A stretch of 64,000 nt of DNA from Octopus sinensis (taxonomy: Eukaryota). The position numbers and the translations under genes were made by a program. Below are positions 1-13,699 of the stretch, piece after piece (position 1 is the stretch's first letter; every line of letters starts with the position of its first letter). The notes below the pieces were generated by a model. The model saw only the letters and a program-made list of their open reading frames with translations. It did no database searches and was not told where the DNA came from. The DNA lies in NCBI RefSeq assembly GCF_006345805.1, contig NC_043014.1, positions 3,658,001 through 3,722,000 of the forward strand. The letters run 5' to 3'.

Positions 1-590
1 GTCATTCAAAGACAGATCTTCCAGCAAACGTTGAAGCATTTCCAAGAGGAATACGCTGTAAACCACGAAAAGGCACATGATCACGTGCCCTGAGGCTGTT
101 GTGGATGGTTTACCAGGAAGGTGAGTTTTACTGGGCAAATACTGGTGCCATAAAATACTTATATGGATGTTCAAATGATTGTATTTATGTAAAAGTCGAA
201 AGTTTTCAACGAGAAGTTTTCACTTAGTTGAAGTGTGCATTGTTAGTGCCCTTCTCACGTTCTTTTTTTGTGATCAGGTTGAACATGCGCCGCCATTGTG
301 GTAGAGGTATCCCAATTCATCTCTACGTGATCGTGGCGTGTGATTTGTAGACGACATGCTGCTACCTGATTCGTCTGATGGTCACGAACAACGTGCACTG
401 AATGGGTTTGCTGCCGAGTACACCAAGGCAGGACTGACAAATACGCACTGTGTAGGAAAGTGGAACATCAATATTTCGGGTCTCTATTCACGAACGATTG
501 AAGCACAAGAGTGGACAGACTGCTGAATTGTAGATATAAACGCAGTGAAGCGCCAGCTCGGACATTTGATTCTCAGATGAAGAGGGCTTA
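1..590 (+). mobile_element. Degenerate RTE-clade LINE reverse transcriptase fragment
   Basis: Same block as 14660-15250; EKAHDHVP and DDMLL motifs. Confidence 0.7.
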
Positions 591-959
591 GTACAATTCT
601 CGACGTAGCGCTTCGTATATACTCATATACACACAATACACGGCATAGTATATTAGAGTAACATTTTAGTTAGGAAGTTATTGTAAGTAGAATATATTTT
701 GAAATAAATTCAGGCAAGTGTCTTAGTATATAGTATTATGGACATATGGATAATAATGTGGAAATAATTCAAGTTGGTGAAATTATAATTCATTAGTTAA
801 TGAGTCACGGGTAAAAGACTTTAGCAATAAAATTAGTTCTTACTTGGTGTGTCATCAGGTTTATCGTCGAGAGATTTCTTGGAGATGAAACGGGTTCTGT
901 GAAAAAATAGAAATAGCATCATATAAATAGAACTTCAGAGTATTTATAATCGTTTAGAA

Positions 960-1250
960 CTTAAAACAATGCATAGATGACAACATATTCGGACAGGTAT
1001 CATTGCCAACACTACCATCTCACCCCTTAGAAATCTTGTAGAAAGCGCTTAATCCAGTCAAGGATTTTCTGAACAATATCAGATAATACAAGTCTGCATT
1101 TCAAATGACGTAGTTTTGGTGAATCTAAGAAGATAGATAACCATGAATTTACGCCGACGTCAAAGTTCAAGGCAAGTATATCCCCCCAATGGTTCTCTGG
1201 TACCCGCGAATGAACACCCACAGTTCCTCCAAATTTACTCTATGAGTGAT
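960..1250 (+). mobile_element. Helitron Rep/helicase N-terminal coding fragment
   Basis: Homologous to 42420-42705 and 60040-60330; translation broken by stops. Confidence 0.6.
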
Positions 1251-1645
1251 GTAGGACAACAAACACGAAGTGAGGTGTCAAATTTCCGATGATGGGTCGT
1301 GTTAGACACAGCGCACACTGCTGCAAAGGAGAGTATATCACTGACAGCTTTTCGATGCGTTCAAAAATCACACAAACCCCACCTCCAATTTTGCATGACA
1401 GGTTAGGGCCTGAAACACTCCAACGGACACATAGCATGTTGCTTAGTCGAATTAGCCCAGCATTTACTCTACAAATGTTTTGTTGTCAATGTTGCACTTT
1501 CCCATATCACCTGTTTCAAAATGACTGCATATATTATATACCAACTTTGCCAATTTAATCCTCAGCAATGCCGGGTATGTCTGCTATTACACACCACTCA
1601 CACACACACACACATATATATATTTATACAAACAGATATTTCTAC

Positions 1646-1719
<74 letters not shown>

Positions 1720-2984
1720 AATGTATATATATAGTTAAATTTAATCCAAACAAAAAAGCACAAAGAAACACACAACGCCGTGGACGTTGAACAAATATAG
1801 TATTATTGAACGCTCAGGAAAGAAGGAGGGATTAGCGTTTCGGGTGGAGCTCTTCGTCCGAAACATACGAGATGGAAAGATCCAGAGAGGAAACAGAGGG
1901 AAAAAATCGCCAACGGTACACACGCGGTCACATTTGAATGACCGGAGGAAATGGGTGAAGAAAAGTTCTTTCAAAGACAGTAGAGTGGTAGAGGAGGAAG
2001 TATGTGTGTTAAGTGCGGATAGAGCGTGTGCGAGGTCTGCGTGTGCGTGTGTGTGTATGTGTGTATGTGTGCAATGATGACACGTGTGTCTGTGTGTGGT
2101 TGCGTGTTGTAGGGTTAGTAGTGTTAAGGTCAAGGAAGAAGGATTGGCGTGGCTCCTTTTGTCTCTACCCCAGGTCAAGTAGTAGGTACTGCTAGTTTGA
2201 TGTATGTGTTTGTGTGCGTGTATGTATATGTATCGTGTGTGTGTATTGTTTGTAGTGTGTGTGTGTGCATGTGTGTGTGTTCGTGTGTGTAGGCGTAGAG
2301 TTGGGTGTTTGGCGAATAACTGTGCTTTACAGAGTGTATGTGTGCGTGTGTGTGTATGTGTATATGCGTGTAATGATGACACGTGTGCGTGTGTGTGGCG
2401 AATAACTGAGTTTATGTGTGTGTACATGTATGTATAATTGTGCGCGTGTATGTATTATTGTGTACCGACCGTGTGTATGGGATGTATGTGTGGGTTCATT
2501 TGTGTTGTGTTGTATGTATGTGCGTTCGTCTCGTATGTGCGTGAGTGCATGTACGTGTACGTTTGTATGTGTGTGTGTAAGCGTATATGGGTGTATATGC
2601 GTGTATCCGTGGGGGTGTGAGTTTTCGGTGTGTGCATTAATATGCGTGTGTACGTGCGTATGTGTGCGCATGTTTTTACGTGTGCGTGTGTGTGTTAGTC
2701 TCTGTCTATATGTGTATACGGATGTGTATGTGTTGTGCGTGTAGGCATATATTGTGTATGTATATGTATCGGTGTGTATCTGAATTTGTGCAGGGTGTGC
2801 GTGCGTGTGCTTGTGAGCTGAAGTGCGTGTATGTGCGTGTGTGTGTGTGCCCATGTGTGTATAAGTGTGTGCGTATCTGTATGAGTATTGTTCATTAAAG
2901 GTATATGTGGACATCTGTGCTGGTGTGTGTGTATGTACGTGTGTATGTATGTGTGTGTGTATTGTGTGCGTATGATGCATATAT

Positions 2985-3262
2985 CTCCGTGATCACCGTC
3001 ACAGACCAGTTGTTGCTACATATCGCTGGTCACAATGCGCTTCGCGTTGTTTTAGCCTTCAATGACGCACCCCCCCGCTGGTTAAGCGAGCAGGCTAACA
3101 GAAGAAAGGAGAAAGTTGTAGGGAAAGAGTGATCACAACAACCCAACTCCCTGAGCCTCGTGGAGCATTAAACACTCACACACACACGCCGAGTCTTGGA
3201 ATCGAAACCGCGATCCGACAACCATGAGTCCGCTGCCCTAACCACTGGGCCACTGTGCCTCC
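2985..3262 (-). mobile_element. tRNA-derived SINE (family 1); also 17510-17796 (-), 44385-44648 (-) and 61970-62190 (-)
   Basis: Head GGAGGCxCAGTGGCCCAGTGGTTAG...GGTTTCGATTCC (A/B-box-like) and a shared body. Confidence 0.75.
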
Positions 3263-3298
3263 ACACAGACTATATATATATATTAATACATATATATT

Positions 3299-3331
<33 letters not shown>

Positions 3332-3385
3332 TATATAATATATATATATACATATATATATGGAAATATATATATATATATAATA

Positions 3386-3780
3386 TACTAGCAGTATCGC
3401 CCGGCGTTGCTCGGGTTTGTAAGGGAACTAATTATATAAGCATTTTTAGAGATGTAAAGTATAATAGCCATCTCAATATGGCTAACCACAAGGGGGAGGG
3501 GTGTTACTGTAGCTTTTTACGTTCTGAGATTTAATAATAAATTTTAGAGAGTTACTTCCCTTATATATATCAAAAATGGATTAAAAATGGAAAAATGATG
3601 GTAATTTTTTTTAAATCGTAGACTCATCGTAGACGCGCGCGCTAATACCCAGACGGTCTCGATATTAATCACGACTATAAGATACCCGGTTTTGGTTAAA
3701 CTGCACCGCAAAATGTGGGAGTAGTTAGGATCTAAATCGTAGGAGACAGACACACAACCTCACTTTTATATATAAAGATT
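3386..3780 (+). mobile_element. Non-autonomous Helitron/Helentron-type (DINE-1/HINE-like) element, unit 1 only
   Basis: Starts TACTAGCAGTATCGCCCGGCGTTGCTCGGG and ends ACAGACACACAACCTCACTTTTATATATAAAGAT, the terminal pattern of this class. Confidence 0.55.
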
Positions 3781-3939
3781 TCCTCTATTACATAATATTG
3801 AGGTCTCTTTCTTTCTTTGTTATCTTACTGTTTTTACCAATACATTATTATATATATATAATATATATATATAGTTACAGAGATGTACTTGCATAGCAAG
3901 TGACTTGATCTGAGATCGTGTGCTGGAACGAAAACAGTT

Positions 3940-4188
3940 GCAGCGTTGAAGGTGTTTATAAGCCATTTAAGAAACACACAAACCGTTAGATTCACTTCAA
4001 CATTTAAATTTAATTTGTCAAAATATTTTCGTCGCTTTGAGACCGCGACCTGTTAGCACGATATTTTTGTCAGTGAACAGGTCGCGTCTCAAAGCAACGA
4101 AAATATTTTGGCAATTAAATTTAAATGTTGAAGTGAATGAACGGTTTTTGTGTGTTTCTTAAATGGTTACAAACACCTCCACGCTGCA
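3940..4188. mobile_element. Fold-back/MITE-like inverted repeat, ~115-bp arms
   Basis: 3940-4054 is approximately the reverse complement of 4076-4188. Confidence 0.8.
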
Positions 4189-6223
4189 ATATATATATAC
4201 ACACATATATATATATGTATGTATGTATGTGTGTATATGTGTATGCATGTATTGTGTGTGTGTGCGTGTCTGTGCTTGTGATTGTCCTCCACCACTGCTT
4301 GACAACGAATGTTGGTTGTTTACATCCCTGTCACCTAGTGGTTTGACAAAGGAAACAGATAGAATAAGTACAATGCTTACAAAAATAAAACTGGAGTTGA
4401 TTCATTAAACTACAATTCTTCAAGGCATTGCCCCAGCATGGCCACAGACCAATGGCTGGAAAAAGCAGAAGAATAAAAGAATACATTCTCTGCTTTGGTC
4501 TTATGTTCAAGGCATAGAAAGCTTGAGTTTACATGAGAAGGCCTAACAGACCTGGTAGAAACAGCAGCCAAATCTCCCTCAAATCACACCTTACTGTCTT
4601 ATGTATGTATATATATATGAGCCAATGAGGGGGACCTTACATGGTAGCTAGACCTGGTAGAAATAGCAGCCAAATCACACCTTACTGTCTTATCTATGTA
4701 TATATGTATGTATGAGCCTATGAGGGAGACCCCTACATGGCAGCTAGACATGGTAGAAATAGCAGCCAAATCTCCCTCAAATTACACCTTACTGTCTTAT
4801 CTTTCTGCTACTTGGATATAGGTCTTATATTCGTCGTAAAAAACTTTCCTGTCACACACTCACGCACACGCACACACACACACACACACACACCCACACA
4901 CACACCCTCACACACACACACGCGCACCACACACCCACGCACACACTCACACACACGCACGTTAGCTTACAATTTTATTTATATATTTGCGTGTCTATGT
5001 GTGGAAAGAGGAAGTGGAGGCAGAGTGAAAGAATCACTCACTACAGTAAGTGAATACTTTCATTTTATTCGTTGCCCACTGTGTGTGTGCGTTTGCGTGT
5101 GGTGTAAACCAACTAAGAGAAAAGCATTTGACACACACACCAGAATGTGAGTTTTCTGTAAATTTTGCTTAATTGGAGTTTAAATTTTAAACTGGACCTG
5201 GCATGACGCGATGCATGTACTCTTAAAAATGCTAGGTAAATTGTAATTGAAGAAATCCTATATTGTAGATTTGTATAACTCCCAAAGGAGGCAGATAAAA
5301 TCTGCCTTTTATAATAAGAGATATATATATACATATCAATATATATGTATACACGTAAATATCACAAATATACGTATCTACTTATACGCATACACACACA
5401 CAAACGCACACATATATGTGAGTGGACATACACTGTATAGTGTGATTGTTCGTGTACATTGAGCACGTGTGTCTGTGTGCGTGCGTATGTTTGTGTGTGT
5501 GTGTTTGTGTTTATTTGAGCGTGTGTTTGTCCGTGTGTCTGTGTGTAGTATTTACATTCATTCTTACATATTGTCATATAAAAAAACAACGTGAATTACA
5601 GTCAAACATTACGAAATTCACCGATCTACATTGGCACTCGCACGTTTTATTTTAAGTTGGAAAGAAAAGATAAAAAAAACTCGCCTCACTTCCGTTCCTG
5701 ATGGAGAGAAATAGATAAATGTGTGTAAATATGTACGTATTCCTATGTGTGTGTGTGTGTATGCTTGCATGTGTCTGTTTCTGTGCCTGTGTGTAAGTGT
5801 ACATCTAGATATAATACTTAACACTAATATTAATAGGGCTAAACGATGCAGCTACAGAGCATGGCCATGCTAGAACCCCACCATTAGATTTTTTTCATTA
5901 CGCACTTATTTCCCTCTCCAGGATTATGTCTAGTGAAAGAGCGATCGGACAGGAGTACAATTCCACTCTTCTTTGTGTTTACTTGGAATGTGTGTATATG
6001 TATATATATATAGATATATATATATATACAAAATGAGAAAATGGAGAAACATATCTAAATCAATCATCAACCATCAGATAATACCCAATCAATACTTTAT
6101 TAAAACATTACATAACAGCAATGACATTTTACATAATATATTGCAAATATAAATAGACATGGAAATAGAAATAGAATATACAATTACTTAATATCTGACA
6201 GATATATATATATATATCCATAT

Positions 6224-6298
<75 letters not shown>

Positions 6299-6524
6299 TA
6301 TATAGATAGATAGATAGATAGATAGAGAGATAGATAGATAGATAGATATGTAGTTAAATAGATTGATAGATAGATATGTATGTACATACATACGTAACAA
6401 TATATGTGTGTATGTATATATGATACGTATATATATATATTGATTTGTGTGTGTGTGTGTGAGTGTGTATAGCACACATAGTGTGTATGTATCTATGTTT
6501 TATGTATGTGTCTGTTATTGTCGC

Positions 6525-6705
6525 ACCGCTATCGATTCCCAACTGATGTCGGTGTATTTACGTCTCCGTTACATAGCCGATCGGTTAGAGATACCGATAG
6601 AATGAGCAAAAGGCTTACAAGGAATAATTCCTGAAGTCGACTTGTCCTACTGAACGCAGTGCTCTAGCATGGCCGCAGTCAAATGACTGAAACGGGTAAC
6701 AGAAT
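6525..6705 (+). mobile_element. 3' half of a family-2-related SINE; also 19495-19660, 33930-34105, 46148-46325 and 4290-4482
   Basis: TTTACGTCCCCGTTAC...GATAGAAT...AGCATGGCCGCAGTCAAATGACTGAAAC tail. Confidence 0.65.
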
Positions 6706-6719
6706 ATATTTATATACAG

Positions 6720-6762
<43 letters not shown>

Positions 6763-7216
6763 CACACACACGCACGCACATACATATATATAGATAAATA
6801 GAGAGAGAGAGAGAGAGATAGACAGAGAGATACAGTGATAGATGCACACACGCATATATTTGCTTGTATATATATATCTATATATGCCCACGCACTAATA
6901 TATTCATATATATGTATATTTATATATACATATATATGTATATTATATATACAAATATGCGTATATGTATCTATATGTATGCTTAGGTGTGTGCGCCTGT
7001 GTGTTCGTGTGTGATTACGTGTGTGATCTTATGTGTGTGTGTGTGCTCCATAGGAACATATGTACGTGATTCATGCATACATCCTTACATCCATCCATCC
7101 ATCGGTACGTACATACATCCACATATTAATACATACATACGTAAATGCATACATACATACATGCATATATAAATACATAAAGACATACATATATTAACAC
7201 AAAATCCATGACTTAC

Positions 7217-7360
7217 CGTTTTCGATTTCTCTTCCATTTTTCCTATTCTTGAATCTTGATGAAGAATCACGATCGTCAGAACGAGAAGAACCCCAAAAGC
7301 TATGAGAGAAGAAATGGAATAACGCTGCGAAATATTCCTGGACAGTTGTGCGAAATCCAT
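7217..7360 (-). CDS. Copy 0 exon 1: N-terminal signal anchor/signal peptide (MDFAQLSRNISQRYSISSLIAFGVLLVLTIVILHQDSRIGKMEEKSKT); downstream C4-like exons lie before the window start
   Basis: ATG-initiated 48-codon frame with hydrophobic stretch LIAFGVLLVLTIVIL, ending at the donor ACG|GTAAGT; the same 144-nt exon is open in four units. Confidence 0.75.
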
Positions 7361-7620
7361 TCTGGTTACAGTTGTCGGTCGTACGTGATACTTCGTGTGG
7401 CTTCAACAAAAGATCGAGATGCGAGGTTTAAGCTGAAGACCTGTAACTGAATTCCACGTATTTATTGAGCGAACAACAACCCAGCTCGGGCATAGATCTT
7501 ATCGTAAATTTATGAACCAATGTGATTGGTGGAACTGTAAAAGCGGGTGTGAACTTGTCTGACAGGTTTAATTATTGGAAAGAGATGGTTTGATATTGTC
7601 ACACAATAATTAGCAAAATA
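7361..7620 (-). promoter_or_regulatory. Conserved putative 5' UTR/promoter upstream of exon 1; also 20280-20540, 34749-35005 and 46945-47205
   Basis: Non-repetitive block highly similar in four units, with CCAAT-N-ATTGG, GATAAG and an Inr-like TCAGTT; function is inferred. Confidence 0.35.
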
Positions 7621-7779
7621 TTTTGATGAATGAGAGACACGTGTAAAGTGAAATGATTCCTGTTTCTGGATATATTATGATATATTTATTTATTAATGTT
7701 GTTATTTAATTTTATATGTTATTCTTGGGAAAATGTTTTAATATTCAGTGTGGGAAGTATTTCGTTCAACCAACAAATA

Positions 7780-7792
7780 CACAGACACACAA

Positions 7793-7833
<41 letters not shown>

Positions 7834-8545
7834 ACACACACACTGATACACAAACACACACTGACACACAATGACACACACACTGAGAAACACACACACA
7901 CTGACACCACACACACACACACTGACACACACACACACATGCACACATACACACCGATACACACACACTGACAAACACACATACACACTGACCACACACA
8001 CACACCACACACACACACACACTGACATACACATACACACTGACACACACACTGACATACACACACACACACTGACACACACACACACACTGACATACAC
8101 ACCACACACACTGACACACACACACACACTAACATACACACACACACACGCACACACACGCTGACACACATACACACACACACACTGACACACACACACA
8201 CAACCTCACACACACACACACACACACACACTGACATACTCAAACACACATACACACTGAAACACACACACACATTCACACACACACATTCACACACACA
8301 TACATTCACACACGCACATTCACACACACACACATACACTGACACACACATACACACATACACACATACACACTAATATACACACACACACAGACACACA
8401 CACTCACACACACTGACCCACACACCGTGACTCACAGACACTGACACACACACACGCTGAGACACACACACACACACATGCACACACATGGACACATGCG
8501 CACACACACACACACGCACACACATACAAACACACACACACACAA
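7780..8545 (+). repeat. Compound (CA)n/CACTGA microsatellite; also 35165-35535 and 47360-47760
   Basis: Seen directly; source of spurious His/Thr- and Cys/Val-rich ORFs. Confidence 0.95.
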
Positions 8546-8899
8546 ATATGCGGGAAAATGCGGGCACGTACGAGTGACCGCAGTTACTGTTGGGGCACAA
8601 GGTTGAAGTCAACTCCTCTAGCGAAGAATTTATCAAAGAGAAATACCGAAGGGAGGTAACTCACGACAGACTTCAGCCTGGCGCTCTAATGGCTTCACTT
8701 ACTCGTTGTTGTTGACTATGTTTAAGTTAAAGCTATGGCTTTAAGTTTGTCCAGATATTCCCCTCTTCGGTATTTTCTTTTGATGACGGCTGAACTGGAA
8801 CCCGATAGGGAGCAGCACTGGACTGACATGCTGTGTTTTTGCAACTTTTTGCACAGAATTTGCATTTAGAGTTTGAAATATGCCATTATCACATTTTAA

Positions 8900-9900
8900 C
8901 GAACCTAAAAATTGCTTATGCCTAATACTGAGCGCTAATACTGTTCACTGGAAACGCCATGTTGAATGTTTCCATATATTCATTTGTCAATTTGCATTTC
9001 GTGCTTTCATATTACTTAATTATTATTCTTTTTCTCTAGCTTTTTCACAATCGAGCATTCTTATGGCACGCAATTAATCGGACAAAAAACGTGCTGCCAC
9101 CCACAGATCCCTCTTTCCACGGATACCTTCGTTTATGTGGCAGCCATTCTACAAACTCCCACATACAAAGAGCAATCATGCTGGGTAGAGTGTGAAAGAC
9201 TCACCCTGTTGCACTGATTCCACCTAATGCATATTTTATAAGTGGTGTTCCTTCCCTTACTAAGTCGTTTATGTGTGTTACAGTTATTGTATGCATGTAT
9301 CTCGAAGCAAGTTCCTCTTCTGCGAGTTTGATAGTTTTATGTTCCAGACGGAGACAATTTGTTGAACTTGATGTTTTGTGGTGTTGCTGTAGATTCAGTT
9401 GATGCTGTTCCTGAAGTCTACTCATATTTCTTGGTGGTTTCATATTTTATTTTGGCACATCAGTGTTCACGGAACGATGAGAGGCTGCGTGTGTAATGTG
9501 ACGCGTGGTTTTGTGCTTGTGATTTTCATATAAAAGCGGGAATATGTGAATGTAGGTTGAAAATAGTTGATCGTGGGACGTGTACTTGTAACCTTGTCGA
9601 AAGTGTTTCGTGAAAACTTCAATGTGTTAGTAACCTGACAAGTAGTTAGGTAGTCAACATTTTGTGGTATTTCTTCAGTGGATATCAAATATCCTTTATT
9701 AGGTAATATCCGCGATTGGATTGCAGAGCTTTCATCGCATCAATTGTACTTACAATGATACGTATGGGAGTATTTTTTTTATCAAACCATCATGATTTAG
9801 TGATGTTAGTTATAAGCTTTTATCGTGTTTTCTGAAGATTGATCATGAAAGGGTGATATATTTGTACGGAGGTGTTTCATTTGGGGATTGTTTTCATTTT
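8900..9900 (-). mobile_element. Highly degraded Penelope-like element (RT C-terminus/GIY-YIG); also ~35900-36900
   Basis: Fragmentary motifs only (CSLYVG; REKE-x-LSNMK); no long ORF. Confidence 0.35.
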
Positions 9901-9938
9901 AAGACGAAATACAACACACATTTAAACGAATCATCATT

Positions 9939-9944
9939 TTATTT
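9939..9944 (-). terminator. Putative polyadenylation signal AATAAA of copy A; equivalents at 24005, 36923, 50946 and 54597
   Basis: CATTTTATTTCAAC is conserved ~270-290 nt after the stop in all five terminal exons, and similarity between the two unit types ends just beyond it. Confidence 0.55.
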
Positions 9945-10228
9945 CAACATTTAAATTTGATAAACTAAACCTCATACAATGTATTCTAGAATCATTCCTT
10001 GAGGATTACATCGTTTTGTTAAGCTATTTGTCACATTCTATGACGTCTCTGTTGTTTCGTTTTGAATATTTTCTGAAAACTTGTAGCAGAAACTTATTTA
10101 ACGACATATATTAGTTGGATAAAATATTGCGAAACACAATTACAAGAAACGTATATGTTGCTTTATTATATTATATTTTATAATTCGCCGACATAAATTT
10201 TCGTATAAAAACGAATGTAAACTTCTAT

Positions 10229-10727
10229 TCAGTATTTACTGCACACAACGCAGGTTAATTCTCGACCATTGACATACGGTGGACATGGCAATGAACCACA
10301 AGCAGCCTGAACGAAATATAATAGAGCTCCATTTTCGTTTCTGTAACCTGCTGGATCAGCTTCTGGTGCGTAGTCCATACACACATACTCATGTCTGCCC
10401 TTATGCTTATAATACTCGGTCATCAAATATCCCGAATACTCAGCTGTCCAACCAGCGTAACACTTTGTCCTGGCTGGTAACATCATAACGACAGCAGGTT
10501 GTCGTGTCAAACAGACAGCGCACGGAACGTTGTGCTCATGAATTGATTCAGCGTTAGCAAAAGAAAAGAGTTTATTAGTTGGGTAAAAATTTAGTTCATA
10601 TTCACTACCATAAATATAACCTCCTTCTTCAACTTCTGTAGTATAATTGGCCAAAATGGGATCGTTGGTAGACACAAGAGATTACTTCCGCCACCAGTAT
10701 GAGAATAAAATTGTCCACCAACCACAC
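10229..10727 (-). CDS. Copy A terminal exon, short-chain collagen C4/NC1-like domain; 1-nt deletion near 10667
   Basis: TTCTAG acceptor, then GVVGGQFYSHTGGGSNLLCL-(frameshift)-NDP...HNVPCAVC...CGSLPCPPY...ELTCVVCSKY stop; 499 nt versus 500 nt in copy E. Confidence 0.85.
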
Positions 10728-10938
10728 CTAGAATTGGTAAGAATAAATCAAGTAAAAAAGATGTTAAGCAAAATTATATATGAAATAACAGAAACATTCA
10801 TTACAATTTTTCACTTAAAAGAAGTCATGTTTAGTCGCGTGTGTGAACGAATGTGGTGGTGTATGTGTTAGTGTTTATGTGTGTAAGCAGTGTGTTGAGG
10901 TATGTATGAGATCGTAGCTGTGCGTTTGCCTTCTCATC

Positions 10939-10978
<40 letters not shown>

Positions 10979-10979
10979 T

Positions 10980-11394
10980 CTTTTTTTCTTTTTCTTGTTT
11001 CAGTCATTTGATAGCGGCCATGCTGGAACACCGCCTTCAGTCGAGCATCTCGACCCCGGGACTTATTATTTATAAGCCCAGTACTTATTCTATCGATCTC
11101 TTTTTCCCGAACCGCTAAGAAACGGGGACGTAAACACACCAGCATCGTGTGTAAAGCGATGGTGGGGGACAAACACAGACACACAAACATATACACACAC
11201 ACACAAATATATATATATATATACATATATTCGACAGGCTTCTTTCAGTTTCCGTCTACCAAATCCACTCACAAGGCATTGGTCGGCCCGAGGCTATAGC
11301 AAAAGACACTTGCCAAGATGCCACGCAGTGGGAATGAACCCGGAACCATGTGGTTGGTAAGCAAGCTACTTACCACACCGCCACTCCTGCGCCT
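10980..11394 (-). mobile_element. tRNA-derived SINE (family 2), full length
   Basis: Head AGGCGCAGGAGTGGCGGTGTGGTAAG...GGTTCATTCCC, internal CA tract and CATGGCCGC tail. Confidence 0.75.
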
Positions 11395-12721
11395 ATATAT
11401 ATATATATATATATACATATATATGTTGTGTGTATACGGGTACCAACTTGTGACTGTGATGTGGTTTATTATGTATGTTTGCATGGGGTAGGTGTTTTTC
11501 GGTGGATGTCACCAGATAGAGAAAAAAGAAAGACATTTTATAACGCATGCACTCGTGTTTATCCGAAATGGAAAAGATGTTCACGTGTGAATGGGGATAT
11601 TTTGGGTGGTGGAAATTGTAGGAGGTTTGAGTAGGACAATACGGGAGACGACGAGATGCAGAGAAGTGGTGGGTAACCGTCGAGGAAATGTTGTTTAGTC
11701 GATCATACGAGAGTCAGTGGCTAAACCTCTCGTTTAGACTCGGACGAATCAGGCTTACATAGACGTTATGATCACACAGACTTTATTTCATGCAATATAC
11801 AAAGAAACGAGGGGGAGGAAAAATTGTGAGGTTTAGTGATGGCGAAGTGCTTAATATAATGGACGGCGATGTGGGCGACCGATAAAGGATACGTGTAGTG
11901 TTTATAGAGAGCAGATTCAGAGCATTTTTAAAGGAATGTGAGGTTGACTGGCGAAGCTGTTTGTAGCAGCAATTTTGAATTGGAAGTTTCGGAATAACCT
12001 TACAAATAATACTGGATAATTAATGAGGTGATGTGGTGCATGAAAAGAGCAAGGTTTTAGCGATAGGACGATTTCGGTGAGGCGGAGAAGAATAGAAGTG
12101 CATTCTGTACTCTGTTGTGTTCTCTCACTAATATTTAGTCTCTCTCTATTTTACTTAATGAATAAAGTCCTTAGCTTTTTCCATCAGTTACAGTATGGGC
12201 TTGTCCAGTCCTCATTCTACATTGTGCGTACATACCATTAACCATTTACAGTCACTGTCATCAAATCTAATAGACTCTATTCAATTTAGCCCACACCTAC
12301 GATCACTGGGCACTCTAGTTACTGATAGTCAAGTGGCCACTTTTCAGCTCTGGTCACTCACGTACAATACCACCATCCGTAGCCAGTACACTTGACCACC
12401 AGTTAGCATCCTTTTCACTTGGTCCGTAGTAGTAGACAACATATAATATTCTGATTTGACCAAATACCTACAAAGGAGTAAGCAGTCTTTTGTAGTGTCT
12501 GTATAGTCTACAGGTATATACGTTTGAAACGTGACACATCATAAGAGGATTTGAGAAGTTTTATGTCAGACAACCGAGAAAGGGTGAGTGTGGTTGTGTG
12601 TGCGTGAGAGAGAGGGTGAGAGAGAAAGAGAGGCAACAAAAAGAGAGAAGGAGACGTATAAAAAGTGAACAAGAGAAAGACAAAAAGAGAATGAGAGGTG
12701 AGAAATATAAAGTATACTAAC

Positions 12722-12796
12722 CGTCATATACAAGTTTCGAATAAGGAGGACAAGTTGTTCTGCCCCACCGGGTATACAATGATCCGAAACCGGGTT
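12722..12796 (-). CDS. Copy A penultimate exon (PGFGSLYTRWGRTTCPPYSKLVYD-G)
   Basis: TCACAG acceptor and G|GTTAGT donor, phase 1-1, 75 nt; supplies the YTRWG-x-TTCP start of the domain in frame with the terminal exon. Confidence 0.85.
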
Positions 12797-13699
12797 CTGT
12801 GATATTAAAATGAAGTAAAGTAGTTTAAGAGAAAGAATTGGGGGATCATTTACAAAGTAGGATGTTGGATGGGAAGGAATTGATGGAGAAGTGAGAAATA
12901 TAGAAGTTAAGAAAGAACGAGTGAATGAATGAAAGTCAGAACGAAAGATGTAAATAATAAGAATAAATTGTAAAGAAAGAAAAAAGACATTTGTCTGTTG
13001 AGCCTGTTGGTGACGTTGATGTCAAAGATTTGAGAGATTAATATCAGAATATCAGAATGTGTATCGGTCTCCGCTAAGAACGGATGTATGTATGATACGT
13101 AAACTTGGGTATGAGTATATATACTTCTCAATCGAATAATGATAAAACTCAATAGAATAATGATAAAATATTCGCCAGGTGCGAATATTCATCGGTCAAT
13201 TACAAATATCAATTTGGAGCTCGGCGCAAATATGGCCATCATAACTACAATATGAAAATAAAACCATACCGCATCATTTGTCGATTTAGTTAAAAGACAT
13301 CGCATCCGGATCTCGAGTAGAGGAGTCCGTTCGATAAATGTATGGCACAACCCACCCAATACCGGTGCAACACGCAAGAAGCCTGCAAATTATCTGGTGG
13401 TGGTGGTGGGGAGCACAAAATTGACGGTCTCAGGACACCAAAGCAGATCAAGAAGGGAAAAATACTTAATAATTGAGAATTAAAACGTCAAAATTGTTAG
13501 ATATAATCTGCCTGTAAGATATAATCGGTGTCTCCTCTACAAAATTTCGTTTTTCCGACAGCGTACACTTGGATATAGGCTTGAAACTCCACTACGCAAC
13601 TGGGTGCCAACAATGTCTGCACAGGTGGGATTAGGATACTCTCAATCCCCAGCTTTCGGATTGTATTATGGAATGAAACTTACTAGGTGTGAGGGTTCA

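Noticed and set aside
3200-3262. tRNA gene
   Set aside because: A/B-box-like head of a SINE with no cloverleaf or 3' acceptor stem; the same holds for the other SINE heads
7256-7450. Plus-strand ORF MMKNHDRQ... and minus-strand ORF MLKPHEV... conserved in four units
   Set aside because: Alternative frames of the exon 1/promoter block; only the MDFAQ frame has both a signal-like segment and a canonical donor
8625-8790. ~25-bp inverted repeat (AAAGAGAAATACCGAAGGGA / TCCCTCTTCGGTATTTTCTTTT), also 35620-35775
   Set aside because: Real but short and imperfect, with no evidence for function or element class
12907-13152. Conserved minus-strand frame ETDTHSDILRLISQ..DINV.NRLNRQM as the missing linker exon (also 26881, 40317, 57009)
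   Set aside because: No conserved GT donor or AG acceptor across the copies
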